From: Candidatus Neptunichlamydia sp.
GTDB taxonomy: Bacteria; Chlamydiota; Chlamydiia; Chlamydiales; Simkaniaceae
Reading direction: 5' to 3'
DNA: 64,000 nucleotides
Assembly (NCBI GenBank): GCA_965233865.1
Contig: OZ247587.1
Span: 256,001 to 320,000 of the forward strand
Shown: positions 40,422 to 51,573 of the stretch, one piece after another
Layout of the letters: the number at the start of each line of letters is the position of its first letter
How positions within the stretch are numbered: the stretch's first letter is position 1
The notes under the pieces: model-generated
Databases searched by the model: none
What the model saw: the letters and a program-made list of their open reading frames with translations, nothing else
Told to the model about the DNA's origin: nothing
Made by a program: the position numbers and the translations under genes

Positions 40422-42815
40422 CTAAGACTTATTCCACGACCTGATATCGCTTGCTTGTCTTGTGATTTGCGGCACTGATACAGGGGCATTTGTGTGGCAA
40501 GAAAGAGAAGGGGAAGTTTCAAGAGAGTATTGGTTAAAACTCCCATTGTAAGTTGGAGTAAGTTCCCAGCTTTTAATGGAGTCAGGGGTTAGATAATAAG
40601 AGGGCAATGGAGAGCCGAGTCTTCCATGAAAAAGCAGGTTGTTATTAGAGATCAGAGCATATTGGGTATAGGGATGCAAAATAAGCGCTCCCGTCTCATT
40701 GTAGTTGCCATCTTGACTGGAGATAAGTCCTGGGGTGAGATAAGCGTAGCTCCACGGAGCTAGTGGATCTTTTTTATCGAGGAGACTTTTGGTGGCATCC
40801 CACTGTCCAGGTGATGCTTTTTTCACGCTCTGAAAATCGAGGCCTTTTAGTTCGGAAAAGTAAAGGCTCTTTGCAACCTCTGGTGTTTTGTCTGAGGCTT
40901 CAAAGCTTTCTGGAGTCAAAACGATGAATCCCTCCCCTTCGCCTCCTTGTTTTTCATGCTCAAGATGAGCAAGCTGCAGAAGTTTGACAGTGGAAATGGC
41001 ATAAGGATCAGAGAAAACTTCTCGCAAAATCTGGTGCCCATTGGAAGAAGAATCTACTGTAGTAAGAGCCTCCCATTGCATATAAGCAGAGTGCGTTTCT
41101 TGATTCCATACGACTGGAAGCGGATGGGAGGGTAGCTGGGAGCGGAACCAGAACATATCGACTTGAGGGAGACAAAGATCGTTTTGGTCCTTAAAGAGTC
41201 CTTTTGATAAATCGGGAGAAAGTTTGGCTAAGCCAAAAGCAAAAATAGTTCTTGGACTTATTTTATGCAATTCTGCAAGGAGCTCTTCCCCATAACCACA
41301 TTTTTCAAAATAGGCAGCTCCTACAAAGCTGAGCAAGGCATGGAGTTTCTTTTTTTCATCTTTTTCAAAAGAAAATTGTTTGTGAAACTGAGATGTCTTA
41401 TGAGGGGTTACTCCTCCAAAATGAAAGCAAAGAGCTGCACTTGTTCCTTTGGCGATTGAGAGTGTTTTGATGGCATGAAATCCGTCACTTCCTACGGGAA
41501 CGCTGTAACTGATTTTGATGTCGATAAGCTGGTCTTGGCTATCGAGGTCTAATGAACGTTCCTTATCCTCACCAATGAACTGAACGAGAAGGCGATGTTG
41601 ATCTTCTCCATTGGGAGTGAATTGAATAGGAACCGTTGAGCAGATAAAGTAGGTAAGCGGGAGTGTACACGAGAGGTGCTTCTGAGGGTTTTCGTGGGAC
41701 GAAATATCAATGATAACAAAGGCTTCAACATTTGGAATACTTCTAATAAAATCGAAAATTTGATGATTTCCTTGAACTCTGGGGCGAGGGAAATCTTCCC
41801 ACGAGGAGAATTGCCTCTTAAGTTGTGTACGCCTAATGCCAACGTCTGCAAGGGAAAGGCCTTGTTTTCTGAGCTTCTCCTCAATAAAGCGGGAAAAAAG
41901 GAGAGCTGCTGTGTCATTTCCATCGGAGGCCACATGCTTTAAAATGTTTTCATCCCCTTTCAAATAGCGCAAAATCCACCGATCTGCGCTCGCATAGTCT
42001 TCAGGCACGAGGTTGTACAAATCATACCCTTCATTGATTTGGATCTCTTTCATCCAAGGAAACAGAGAAATAGCGTCTTGTCCCTTTACAAAAATGACCC
42101 AAGGATATTTAGCTAAGGCTTCTTCTTGGGCCTTAGGTAGCTTTGTGAAGAGCATTCTTTCGGCAAAGTCTCTAGGGATAGACAGGGGATCACCCATAAC
42201 ATAACTTGCTTGATACCCTGCTTTTCGAAGTAAATAGACGAGCAGTTGGCATTGCTCCCAGGGAGAACCTCTTCGTTCTAAGTAGGTCATGAGAGGATTT
42301 CGATGAATGCCTGGAGCTTGAAACACCCCATTCTCTTGCTTAAGATAAGGGTCGACAAGGGCAATTTCTTGGTAGACATATTGGGCAATAAGCAAAGGAT
42401 CTTGCTTAAGCTCAAGAGCAAGTGTATCCAAAATGGGAAAAGGAACAGACTCGATGGGGGTGGGCTTTGTTTGAGCTGTATCGATATGACAGGAAAGAAA
42501 ATCTTCAATGACTTGTTTAGTTGGCGTATAGGTGTTTGGCAAAGCAGGTTTTTGAAGGCTGCTGAGTTGCCAGGGAGGAGGAAGAGAAAAGTGGCAACAA
42601 AAGAGAGGATCTTCTTCATCTAAAGAAAAAGAGAGTTGTAATCCAGGCTTCATTCCTTTCTGGGCAATAATCATGGAAAAAGTGCTTTTTGGATCGCAGA
42701 CAAATTTTAGTCGCAAATCTACCCCAAAATCCATTTTTAGTTTGGTTTCTGGGATGAATACCATTCCATCTGCTCTGAGTTTCTGTAAGCCTATTTTGGT
42801 CTGCTTCTTCTTCAA
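40422..42815 (-). pseudogene. Transglutaminase-like middle segment of the Rhs gene
   Basis: TYLERRGSPWEQCQLLVYLLRKAGY..YPWV; same frame as the Rhs ORF, separated by one TAG. Confidence 0.7.
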
Positions 42816-43698
42816 AAAGAGCGATCGAAGTTTTTAATTCCTCAAATCTCTTTTGGAAGCTTTTCTTTTCTTCTCCTTCACTGTTCTCCACAAGCGTTTC
42901 TAAAATGGGAAGGGTTTGCTTCTGTCGCTGATAACGACTTCGTTTTAAACCTCTCTCTTCAAAAAGTTTAGAGTCTTCAGTTAAAATCTCTAACTGCTCT
43001 TTTAGGGCAGCTTTTTGGGCTAAAACTTTTTCTGGCCACTCTTTGGCTTCTTTTTCGGCGGAGATTGCGGCTTGCTTGGCATTTTCAATGGTTTGCAAGA
43101 GGGTTGCTTTGCTTGTCTCATCACACGACGGGGCGGAGGTCAAAATGGTATAGGCCTTTTCAGCAAGAGATTCTGCTTCCCTGTATAGTTTTGCACTTTC
43201 GCTTAAAGAGGAAACAACACTATTGACATTGCTCAAAGTACGAGGACATTCTTGCATTTTGGTGTATGCAAGGTGGGTCTTTTCTAAGCTCTCATTATAA
43301 AGGGCTTTGGCTTTTTCAAAAGCGATAGATGAGCGGATATTATTAATGCCTTTTTTGAGTTCGCTGATCTCAGTATTGAGGTTTTTTTGATCTTGCTCAC
43401 ACACCTCCTTCATCGAAACACGCCATGGCTCTTTCCGTTTCTTTTTAGGCTTTCCAGCAATATCATTTAGGATGGCATCTACTTTCGAAAGTGCTCTTTG
43501 ACAGCAAGCAAGAGATGCTTGCAAAAGGCGAAGCTTTTCTGTATTTGATCCAACCGTTTTAAACTGTTCTATAAGCTCATTATGCCTTGCCCACTCAGAA
43601 GTGATTTGGGTCCTAATATCCGTGCATTCTTTTTGATTAAGCCCAAATAGTAAGCTAGGAATCAAAAACAAAAGGAAAAAACTGCAGTGCCATTTCAT
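42616..43698 (-). pseudogene. Signal-peptide, coiled-coil N-terminal segment of the Rhs gene
   Basis: MKWHCSFFLLFLIPSLLFG leader; 200-bp out-of-frame overlap with the next ORF. Confidence 0.65.
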
Positions 43699-43750
43699 GA
43701 AAATGCCCAGTACGATTTAATTTCTTCATGTTAATGGTCGAATGGTACTA

Positions 43751-44593
43751 GGTTGTGTTGAGAAATTTACTTTAACCATTGGAGAGCCGCGATAAAATGA
43801 AGGAATGCCTTGAACCTTGATGCTAACTTCTCGAACCGAGAAAACAATCGTCTATAATGTTTGAGGAAGCCAAATAAACATTCGATTTTGTGTCGTTCTT
43901 TATATATGTCTTTATCATGCTCTCGATGATCAATGCGATTTTTCTTTGAGGGAATGATGGCAACAGCTCCGATGCTCTTTACATGATCAATGATTGCATT
44001 GCTGTCGTAGCCTTTGTCAGCCAATAATCTTTTGTAATCCCTACCCTTGAGCAAAGGAATAGCTTGATGACAATCAGCTGCTTGACCACCTGTTAAAATA
44101 AAATCAAGTGGATTACCTAATGCATCACAGATACTATGGATTTTAGTCGTAAAACCTCCACAGGACCGACCTAAGGCCTGCTCGTCTTGACCTCCGGTTT
44201 TTTTTTATTGGCTCCTGCGGCACAGGCATGAGCGCGGAGGACTGTACTGTCGATCATAATATATTCCATGTCTGGATCATTTGAAAAATAGTAGAGCATC
44301 TTGTACCACACACCATGTTCAGCCCAGTCTGCAAAACGATGATAGACGGCATTCCAGTCTCCATATTCCTTTGGTAGCAAACGCTATTGTGCTCCGCTCT
44401 TGGCAATCCAAAATACAGCCTCTACAAAGCAACGAGTTTTCTCTTTGTTATTTGTGTGTATTTTGGGGTAATTACTCAGATATTCGTAAAGTTTCGACCA
44501 GGCGTGGTCATTTATTTTATGCGGGTATAGCATATAGATCTCCTTCTTCAGGAAGTCAGCTTGCACCACTCATGAAAATTTCTCAACACAACC
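43751..44593 (-). mobile_element. IS5-family element copy 2 (nonsense mutation in ORF1)
   Basis: Near-identical to 19802..20644; TGG>TAG at 44384-44386; TA duplication. Confidence 0.92.
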
Positions 44594-44595
44594 TA

Positions 44596-44788
44596 TGATG
44601 GCTTCCACTCCCCAACGGAGCTCGTGAGTATTTATGAGGCAGTCATCTGAAATTAGGGGGGGCTTTTGAGAAGGGTTATCTGGTTTCTTTACTGTAAAAG
44701 CTCCAGCATATTCGCGTTGCCCTCGTTTAACTTTCTTTTTAAATTGTTTTAGAGCAGAAGTGAAACGCTGGAGCCTAGTTTGGTGCAT
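44596..44788 (-). pseudogene. Hypothetical gene cut by IS5, coupled to the integrase
   Basis: TAATG overlap with the integrase stop; runs into the IS end. Confidence 0.4.
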
Positions 44789-45268
44789 TACTCTTCCTCA
44801 ATGAGTTGATCGACATGTTCAGACAACCGTTTAGTGAGCTTTGAGTCTAAATGGCAATAACGTTTGAGCATTTGCAGAGTGCGATGGCCCATAGCGGTTG
44901 CCAATTCTAGATTAGAAGCCCCGGTTTGAGCTGCGAAAGTGCAAAAATTGTGGCGCAAATCATGTAGTCGCAGATCCACCAATTCTGCCTCTTTGCAAGC
45001 TCGTATCCAAGCTTTACGGATATCAAGTTGACTAAACCGTTTTTTTCCTGGAAAGACTTTTTCTTGTTGGGGATTTTTTTCTATATGTAATTGACGTAGT
45101 GTTTCTAGAGTTTTTCCAACAAGTGCGATAGATCTAGGATGGTTATTTTTTGTTTTTTTGAGTTGAATGGTCCCTCTTTCAAAGCTGATACAATTCCAGG
45201 TTAATGAGAGGATTTCTCCTTTTCTGGCACCTGTTGTTAAAGCAAGCAAGACAATCGCATAAAGATAT
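44788..45268 (-). pseudogene. Tyrosine integrase, N-terminally truncated
   Basis: LALTTGARKGEI, KTKNN, RLHDLRH, MGH, RY. Confidence 0.9.
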
Positions 45269-45425
45269 TAGTTTGTGTGAGCACATGAGCTGAAGAATGT
45301 TGTAGGGTATTGAGGCTGAGTGTGCCAAAATTGTGCCATAAGCTATTTTTCGCCTGGTTTTTCTAATGATTTTTTATCATTATAGTAAACCATCTTTACT
45401 TATGCTACAACGACTTAAGGAAAAT

Positions 45426-45498
45426 TGGGGCAGGTAGGACTTGAACCTACGACCAACGGATTATGAGTCCGCGGCTCTAACCACTGAGCTACTGCCCC
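45426..45498 (-). tRNA. tRNA with CAT anticodon, probably tRNA-Ile2 (lysidine); Met not excluded
   Basis: GGGGCAGTAGCTCAGTGGTTAGAGCCGCGGACTCATAATCCGTTGGTCGTAGGTTCAAGTCCTACCTGCCCCA; CCA not encoded. Confidence 0.92.
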
Positions 45499-45599
45499 AA
45501 ATGAACCATTATATCAATTGAAGAATTATTTGTAACCGTTTTTGCGTTTGAGCACTGTGGGCAAATCTCTCTAAGGAGCTCCTGTAAAAGAGCCTTAGT

Positions 45600-46202
45600 T
45601 GTTATTCTTTACTCACTAGGAAAAGCATCGTATGGTTTTATAGCCAAATTGTTTGGAGTTACAAGAGCTGCCGTATTAAAGTGGATACGCAAAGAAGGTG
45701 AGCTCATAAATAAGCCTAAAATTCCTTCGAATATTAAGGAAATGGAGTTTGATGAGGTGTGGCACTTTATTGGTTCAAAAAAAACAAATTGTGGATCATC
45801 AAGGCCTTGGATCGTGCTTCAAGAAAAACTATCGCATGGGTGCTCGGTCGTCGTAGCGCTGCAACGTTCCGAAAGCTCTATGATAAAGTCTGTCATTTAA
45901 AAGAGTGTATATTTTTCACAGACGACTGGTCCGCTTTCGCAAAGGTTCTTCCCAAATCTCAGCATGTAATAGGAAAGTCTGGGATTACTGCTATCGAGCA
46001 GGATAATAGCAACACTCGCCATCACCTTGGGAAAATGACAAGGAGGAGAAAAGTGCTTTCTAAAACAAAGGAAATGGTTGATACAACTATTAAGTTGTGG
46101 TGTGCTCTTTCAGATCCCAAAATATTCACTGCGTTTCAAAAATTAGGGATATCAACAGATAAAGAGAAACATATTAGAATACATATCAGGAACAAAATCT
46201 GA
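45600..46202 (+). pseudogene. IS1-family transposase remnant
   Basis: EMEFDEVWHFIGSKK, A8C slip site at 45777-45785, FTDDW, IEQDNSNTRHHL. Confidence 0.85.
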
Positions 46203-46704
46203 TGAAAGAAATAGAGGTTTAACCCCTCACCCCCCTCCCTTCCAAACAGAAGAGATCCAGATGACCTTACACTTGGTGAATTAGATGATGACCACATCCG
46301 CAATTATTTTTATGATACTGATGATGATTTTGTATAGCCTAAACTATCTCAAACCGTTAAATTCAAAAAAAACTACAAACAGCCCATTTAGCAAAAAGTT
46401 TGCTTGAAGCTTCTATCAATTGCCAAACAAATGCTCCCGCAAACATACTCCCAATTAAGCGATTGGTTATGGGGTTTTTGTCTTATCTCTTTTATAATTA
46501 ATTTATTGAACTATACAAGTACCAACTGGGCATGCCAGATAGCTATAAAGTAGTTCGATGATTCACAGAAAAGCGGGAAGGCTAAAAGGCTTTCAATGAA
46601 TTTTGCAACAAAGCTGCATACTCATTAATTTTTTTTGATCATAATTCTAATGACTGGGTATATATAGAAGTAAGGGTCTTCTATAGACCAAATATCAGTG
46701 AAAG

Positions 46705-47886
46705 ATGAGTATTAAGAGTTTAGTAATAGTTACTTCCATTTTCTTTTGGGTTTGTTCTTTTTGTTTTGCAGATGAACCATTTTTTTCTGCGGGTCCGCCA
46801 ACACGCTCGGACAGTATTCCACGTGAACATGTTGAAAGTGAAGAAGATGCTTATTTAGAAGGATATATTCAGGCGCTAGTCAATGCTAATTTTTATGAAT
46901 TCGATGTCCTTGTGTATGTGGAAAATGAGGACGTATATCTTTACAATTTGCCGAAAAATGCTCTGATCAAAAATAGTATCATTTCTTTTGTGAGCGATAT
47001 TCCTGATGTGAATTCTGTGACTCCTGTTGATAAGTTTCCTGACGAAAAGTTAGCAAAACTTGAAAAAAGGGAGGTTCAGCCTCAGATTAAAGGAGTTTGG
47101 TTTCCCCAACAAACTGTTCTCTATCCTCCAATGATTGCGAATCCCAGAGCAATGATCTATTCAGCGGCGTACCATATTGGAGATAACGTCATTGGAAAAA
47201 AATCCATTGCTGTTTCTTTAGGGGACAACTTTCCGATTTTTCGATGGCGTAATGTTCTTCCTTGGCAAGGAGATATGCAAATTGACATTCAGGCAGGAAT
47301 TTGGTCTGTGTTTAAGATGGGTGTGGACTTCAATGGGGAGATTTCTGAACTCGTTAATACCGACTATCTTGTTGGATTTCCCTTAAGTTATGCTTTTGAT
47401 AAATGGGCGTTTCGCCTCCGTGCATATCATGTTTCGTCTCACTTAGGAGATGAGTATCTTGTTCATAACCCAGGGATTGAGCGATTGAACCCTAGTATGG
47501 AAGCGGTTGATCTATTTACTTCATACCAGGTGAATAGTGCTCTTCGAATCTATGGTGGATTTGGTTGGGTTTTTCATAGTGACAAGACTTACCCTATTAA
47601 GCCACCTCTCTATTTTGAGTGGGGAGGAGAAGTGCGTCTGTTTGGCCGCAAGTTTTTCTACCATCGCCTTTATGGAACAGCGTTTCTATCTGTTTACCTT
47701 AGAAATTGGCAAGTCAATGACTGGAATCTTGATGGGACATATATGGCAGGATATGAGATCAGTAAACTTCAAGGAGTGGGGAGGAAAATGCGGATTTTTG
47801 TTAATTATCACCGCGGCTACTCCGAAGGGCAATTCTTTAAAGATCGCACATCATGGACGGGTTTTGGCTTTTCTTGGGGCTTCTAG
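46705..47886 (+). CDS. DUF1207-family exported/outer-membrane protein
   Basis: Signal peptide; YLEGYIQAL, LVNTDY, RAYHVSSHLGDE, GYSEGQF; conserved chlamydial protein. Confidence 0.8.
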   Translation: MSIKSLVIVTSIFFWVCSFCFADEPFFSAGPPTRSDSIPREHVESEEDAYLEGYIQALVNANFYEFDVLVYVENEDVYLYNLPKNALIKNSIISFVSDIPDVNSVTPVDKFPDEKLAKLEKREVQPQIKGVWFPQQTVLYPPMIANPRAMIYSAAYHIGDNVIGKKSIAVSLGDNFPIFRWRNVLPWQGDMQIDIQAGIWSVFKMGVDFNGEISELVNTDYLVGFPLSYAFDKWAFRLRAYHVSSHLGDEYLVHNPGIERLNPSMEAVDLFTSYQVNSALRIYGGFGWVFHSDKTYPIKPPLYFEWGGEVRLFGRKFFYHRLYGTAFLSVYLRNWQVNDWNLDGTYMAGYEISKLQGVGRKMRIFVNYHRGYSEGQFFKDRTSWTGFGFSWGF

Positions 47887-47930
47887 CTCCTTGCTTAATA
47901 TTGTTTGAAAGTGGATAATCCGCTCCTATT

Positions 47931-49163
47931 ATGAGTGTTTATCGGAATAAAACGTTTGGAAGTACTCTCTTAGTTGGGGGAACCTCGATTGGGGCTGGAA
48001 TGCTTGCTCTCCCGTTGACGACTGGAGCTGGAGGATTTTTCCCTTCGAGTATCTTACTTTTTATTGCATTTGCTTTTATGCTTATGAGCCTATTTTTCTT
48101 GCTCGAAGTCACTTTGATGTCAGAGAAGATTAATGCTAATTTGATCACGATCTGTAAAGAACGTCTAGGTTCCGTAGGTAAATTTACCGCTTGGGTCTCT
48201 TTTTTGATGCTTCTTTACTCTGTGGCTGCTGCCTATCTTTCAGGTGGAGGCTCATTAATTGCAGATGTTCTGGGTTCAAGTCTTAAGATGAATGTTCCTG
48301 CAAATATTGGAATATTTATTTTCCTGGCTGTTTTTGGATTTATTGTAGTGTTTGAAACCAAGGCAGTTGATGCCATCAATCGCATTTGTATGATTGGATT
48401 AGCTCTTTCGTTTTTATTTCTCCTTATTTTTGTGACTCCTCACGTGGAAGCTAGCAATTATAGCGGAGGAAAGCCAAAATATTTATGGGCGGCTGTACCG
48501 GTAGTAGTCCTCTCCTTTACTTCGCATATTATTGTACCAAGTTTAAGGAGCTATTTGGGTGGCGATGTTGCAAAACTCAAAAAGGCCCTTTTGTATGGGA
48601 GTTTGATCTCTCTTGTCTTCTATTTAGTGTGGGAATTTTTAATTATTGGAATGCTCCCTTTATCTGGAAAGTATGGTCTCGAGACCATTGGGGGTTCACC
48701 TCATCCGGTTGCAGGCCTAACGGATGCTCTAAGTGCTATCTTGGGAGTTCCTTGGGTTGCAGTTGTTGTGGGTCTATTTTCGTTTTTTGCTCTTGTAACA
48801 TCATTTTTTGGTGTAGCTCTCAGCTTGTATGATTTTTTAGCTGATGGTTTTAAGATTAAGAAGACGATCAAAGGAAAAGCCTTTCTTCTTCTATTAATAT
48901 TTGCACCACCCCTTCTTTTTTCTCTATTCTATCCAGGAGGATTTATTTTAGCTCTAGGATATGCTGGAGTTTTTGTAGCGATCCTTTATGGACTTCTTCC
49001 AGCTTTTATGGTCTGGCGTGGACGCTATTTTGAAAAGAAGAAAGAACATTTTCGTGTCTTTGGTGGAAAGCTTACACTTTTGATTATGTTCGTAGGATCT
49101 CTGGCAATTATCTTTTTTCAGATTGCTGCGACTCAAGGGTGGCTTCCAACACTTACAGTTTAG
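47931..49163 (+). CDS. tyrP: Aromatic amino acid permease (TyrP/Mtr family), second paralogue
   Basis: GSTLLVGGTSIGAGMLALP, SFTSHIIVPSL, TSFFGVALSLYDFLADG. Confidence 0.88.
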   Translation: MSVYRNKTFGSTLLVGGTSIGAGMLALPLTTGAGGFFPSSILLFIAFAFMLMSLFFLLEVTLMSEKINANLITICKERLGSVGKFTAWVSFLMLLYSVAAAYLSGGGSLIADVLGSSLKMNVPANIGIFIFLAVFGFIVVFETKAVDAINRICMIGLALSFLFLLIFVTPHVEASNYSGGKPKYLWAAVPVVVLSFTSHIIVPSLRSYLGGDVAKLKKALLYGSLISLVFYLVWEFLIIGMLPLSGKYGLETIGGSPHPVAGLTDALSAILGVPWVAVVVGLFSFFALVTSFFGVALSLYDFLADGFKIKKTIKGKAFLLLLIFAPPLLFSLFYPGGFILALGYAGVFVAILYGLLPAFMVWRGRYFEKKKEHFRVFGGKLTLLIMFVGSLAIIFFQIAATQGWLPTLTV

Positions 49164-49174
49164 GAAAAGAAAAT

Positions 49175-49279
49175 ATGAAGCCAAGAAAGACAAACAAAAA
49201 GGTTATGATTGGGCTTTTGATTCTTTTTACTCTTTTTTTCTTGGTTTATTATTTTGCTTCGCTACTCTCAATCAGCTAA
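49175..49279 (+). CDS. Small single-TM protein (34 aa)
   Basis: MKPRKTNKKVMIGLLILFTLFFLVYYFASLLSIS after AGGA; below the ORF-track cutoff. Confidence 0.4.
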   Translation: MKPRKTNKKVMIGLLILFTLFFLVYYFASLLSIS

Positions 49280-49450
49280 TTCTTCTTGTAGAATAACCGG
49301 GTAACTTCTCCCAGATTTCCCTGACAAGATTGTCTTCTCTGTGGATGGTTGGGAACCCTCGCCTTTAAGAGGTTATTTAGGGGTGAGCTATTGGCGAACA
49401 AGAAGGTAAGCCCCCGCAAGACAACAGTCGATTTGTAGGGGAGAGGTTGC

Positions 49451-49802
49451 TTAGTTCTTTACAAGAGAAAGACCGAAAGTAAATTGGTTATTTTTCTTAT
49501 GAGGAGCAAAGGAGTGAACAAAGGTGAGGTGGAGACGCCAACTTGTGCTAATCATTGTGATTAGATCAAACCTTCCTTCATTATAATTAGGCTCTCCTCC
49601 ACGCCCCCAACCAATATGAGATTCAAGGCGCACAATCCACTGTGGAGCGATCTTAATTTGCAATCTGGAAAGAAGGGTATTTCTTCCATCTGATAGAAGA
49701 GAATGGAGGAGATTGTGGATAGCTCTTGTCACTTCCATGATGAAGTCATCGGGGTTATCTTTTCTCCAATCAAAGCAGTTGCAATGGCGGAACTCTGTTT
49801 TA
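49451..49802 (-). repeat. Diverged duplicate of the lptD 3' end
   Basis: Aligns without gaps to 51574..51925. Confidence 0.92.
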
Positions 49803-49816
49803 CTTGAGAGGCGACG

Positions 49817-50305
49817 ATGACTGCTATTGTTCCATCATTTTGGAGTGGCGCAGGAAGCGCAGTCCTAGCCGGTGGGGTCCATTTTTTTGAGTTTACGGAT
49901 ATTTTTGGAAAAGTGCCAAGGATGCCTCAAGCAGCCCTTTTTGCGACGACCATTAGCCTAGTCGATCGGGTGATTGAGTTTGAGGTGCGGCATGAGCTCA
50001 AAGATGTGCCCACGACAAAATTCAAGAGCGTCATCATGACGGCTCTTTTAGTCGGCATCAAAATCCTTACCCCTTATGTTCTTAAGTCGTCACTTGAAAA
50101 AGCTTTTCAGGTGAAAATTCCCACCTCTTTTCTTCACCTTCAAACTGCTATTTATGTAGGCGCTCTTGCTGACGGGGAGTTTGAAAACTTAGCAGCTAAG
50201 TGCTTACATCATCTGTGGACTGACCACGAAGACCACCGCCAGTTTACTGCTTTCGTCCGACGCATACACCTTAATTTCCTTGGCCTCTTAGGCGCAGACA
50301 TTTAG
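49817..50305 (+). CDS. Hypothetical membrane-associated protein
   Basis: 162-aa ORF with RBS GAGG, located between the lptD repeats. Confidence 0.6.
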   Translation: MTAIVPSFWSGAGSAVLAGGVHFFEFTDIFGKVPRMPQAALFATTISLVDRVIEFEVRHELKDVPTTKFKSVIMTALLVGIKILTPYVLKSSLEKAFQVKIPTSFLHLQTAIYVGALADGEFENLAAKCLHHLWTDHEDHRQFTAFVRRIHLNFLGLLGADI

Positions 50306-50886
50306 ACACGGCTTGTTGGACAAATCTTATAAAAACAAAATAAGTAATGGTTTTTTCTCGTTCTTGTTGTTCTTCGCAATTTTTTCTATATTGCTTTCTA
50401 GTTCTTTTATAATTTTGGGAAATTGTTTTTTGTCTCCAATTTTGTCATTATAATCAAATAGCACTTTTTCAGCATACATGAATACGTACCCCTGGGATTT
50501 GAAATCTGAATCAATGTCATCAGGAACAGCAGTTATATATTCGCTTGTTAATTGGTCATAAGGCTTGCCAGAATAAGAAGAACTAGGTCCAGCATCGGGA
50601 GGTCTTACAAACTCTAATCTCGCTAAAATGGAACCGATTGCGGATTCTTTTTTTTTGTTTTTCCAAGAACAATCGTCTACGAAAGCAACTTCAATAGCGT
50701 ATTGCTTTTCTAGCTGTCTCAGGGCAGATTCTACTTTCTTTCTTTCTTTCTACTTTAGATTCGGTTTCTACAAAAACTCCAAAAATGTCTCTATCGTTTT
50801 TGAGTGCAAATGCCTGAGTTTTTAATAAAACAAGACAAACGAATAGAAAACTCACAATTAATTTTTTCATAATCTTTCTCTAATGT

Positions 50887-51504
50887 TTAACATAATGGCT
50901 TTGTATAGTGGGGGTTACCTGTATAATGAGGATTTTCATTATAATGCCTCGAAGATTCATCTGCATCTAAGATAATTCCTTTCGTAATAAGGTCCTCCCT
51001 GTTTCTTTCTATTTCTTCCGCCCAATTGTAAAATCTCACATCAGAAAAGTCTTTTCCCTGATCCTTTACGTGTTTTTTGAATTCATCCACAGTCCTCAAG
51101 CAATCATTAGCTATATCCAAAACAACAATCCCTGTTGTTAACGCAGCACTCTTATAATCTCTTTTTATCACTAATGCGGCAATAGTTCCTATTTTTATGA
51201 CTGTATTAGCTAGAGATGTGAACATTTTTTTCTTTCGCTCTTCTTCTTCTGGTGATTGGCAATGTATTGCTCAAATCATCATTTGAATCTCAAATTCTTG
51301 TTCTTCTTTCTTTTCAGGATCAAAATATCCCCATAGGAAACTACAGGGCTTAGATTGGCTATTCAACATACTAAGGACCCTTTGACTAAAACAATCACCT
51401 AGATCTTTTTGATGTGCAACCACTCTGCCATTCATTTCGCCAGTGTCTTCTTTATCTACTTCACTCAGAGCTGTTATCTCCGAGGACACCGCTTCAATTG
51501 CCAT
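50887..51504 (-). pseudogene. Hypothetical effector-like gene split by one in-frame TGA
   Basis: 51271..51504 and 50887..51225 are in the same frame, joined by AIHCQSPEEEERKKK; strong RBS GGAGGTG. Confidence 0.65.
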
Positions 51505-51573
51505 CTTTTCACCTCCATTCCTATTAAAAGACTAAGGGAATTATGGATAATAATAGTTTTAAATAGAATGGCT

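Larger units (their letters stand above)
19637..45469. mobile_element. tRNA-integrated genomic island (~25.8 kb)
   Basis: Direct att repeats, integrase remnant beside the tRNA, accessory cargo. Confidence 0.88.

Noticed and set aside
36431..42623. Many short ORFs overlapping the Rhs locus (similar ones overlap tyrP, lptD, DUF3604 and IS genes)
   Set aside because: Antisense or off-frame shadows of long genes, with no motifs.
40422..51273. Stop-codon reassignment explaining the in-frame TAG (40422) and TGA (51271)
   Set aside because: Two different codons are involved, conserved genes here end normally in TAG and TGA, and the IS5 copy shows a plain TGG>TAG mutation.
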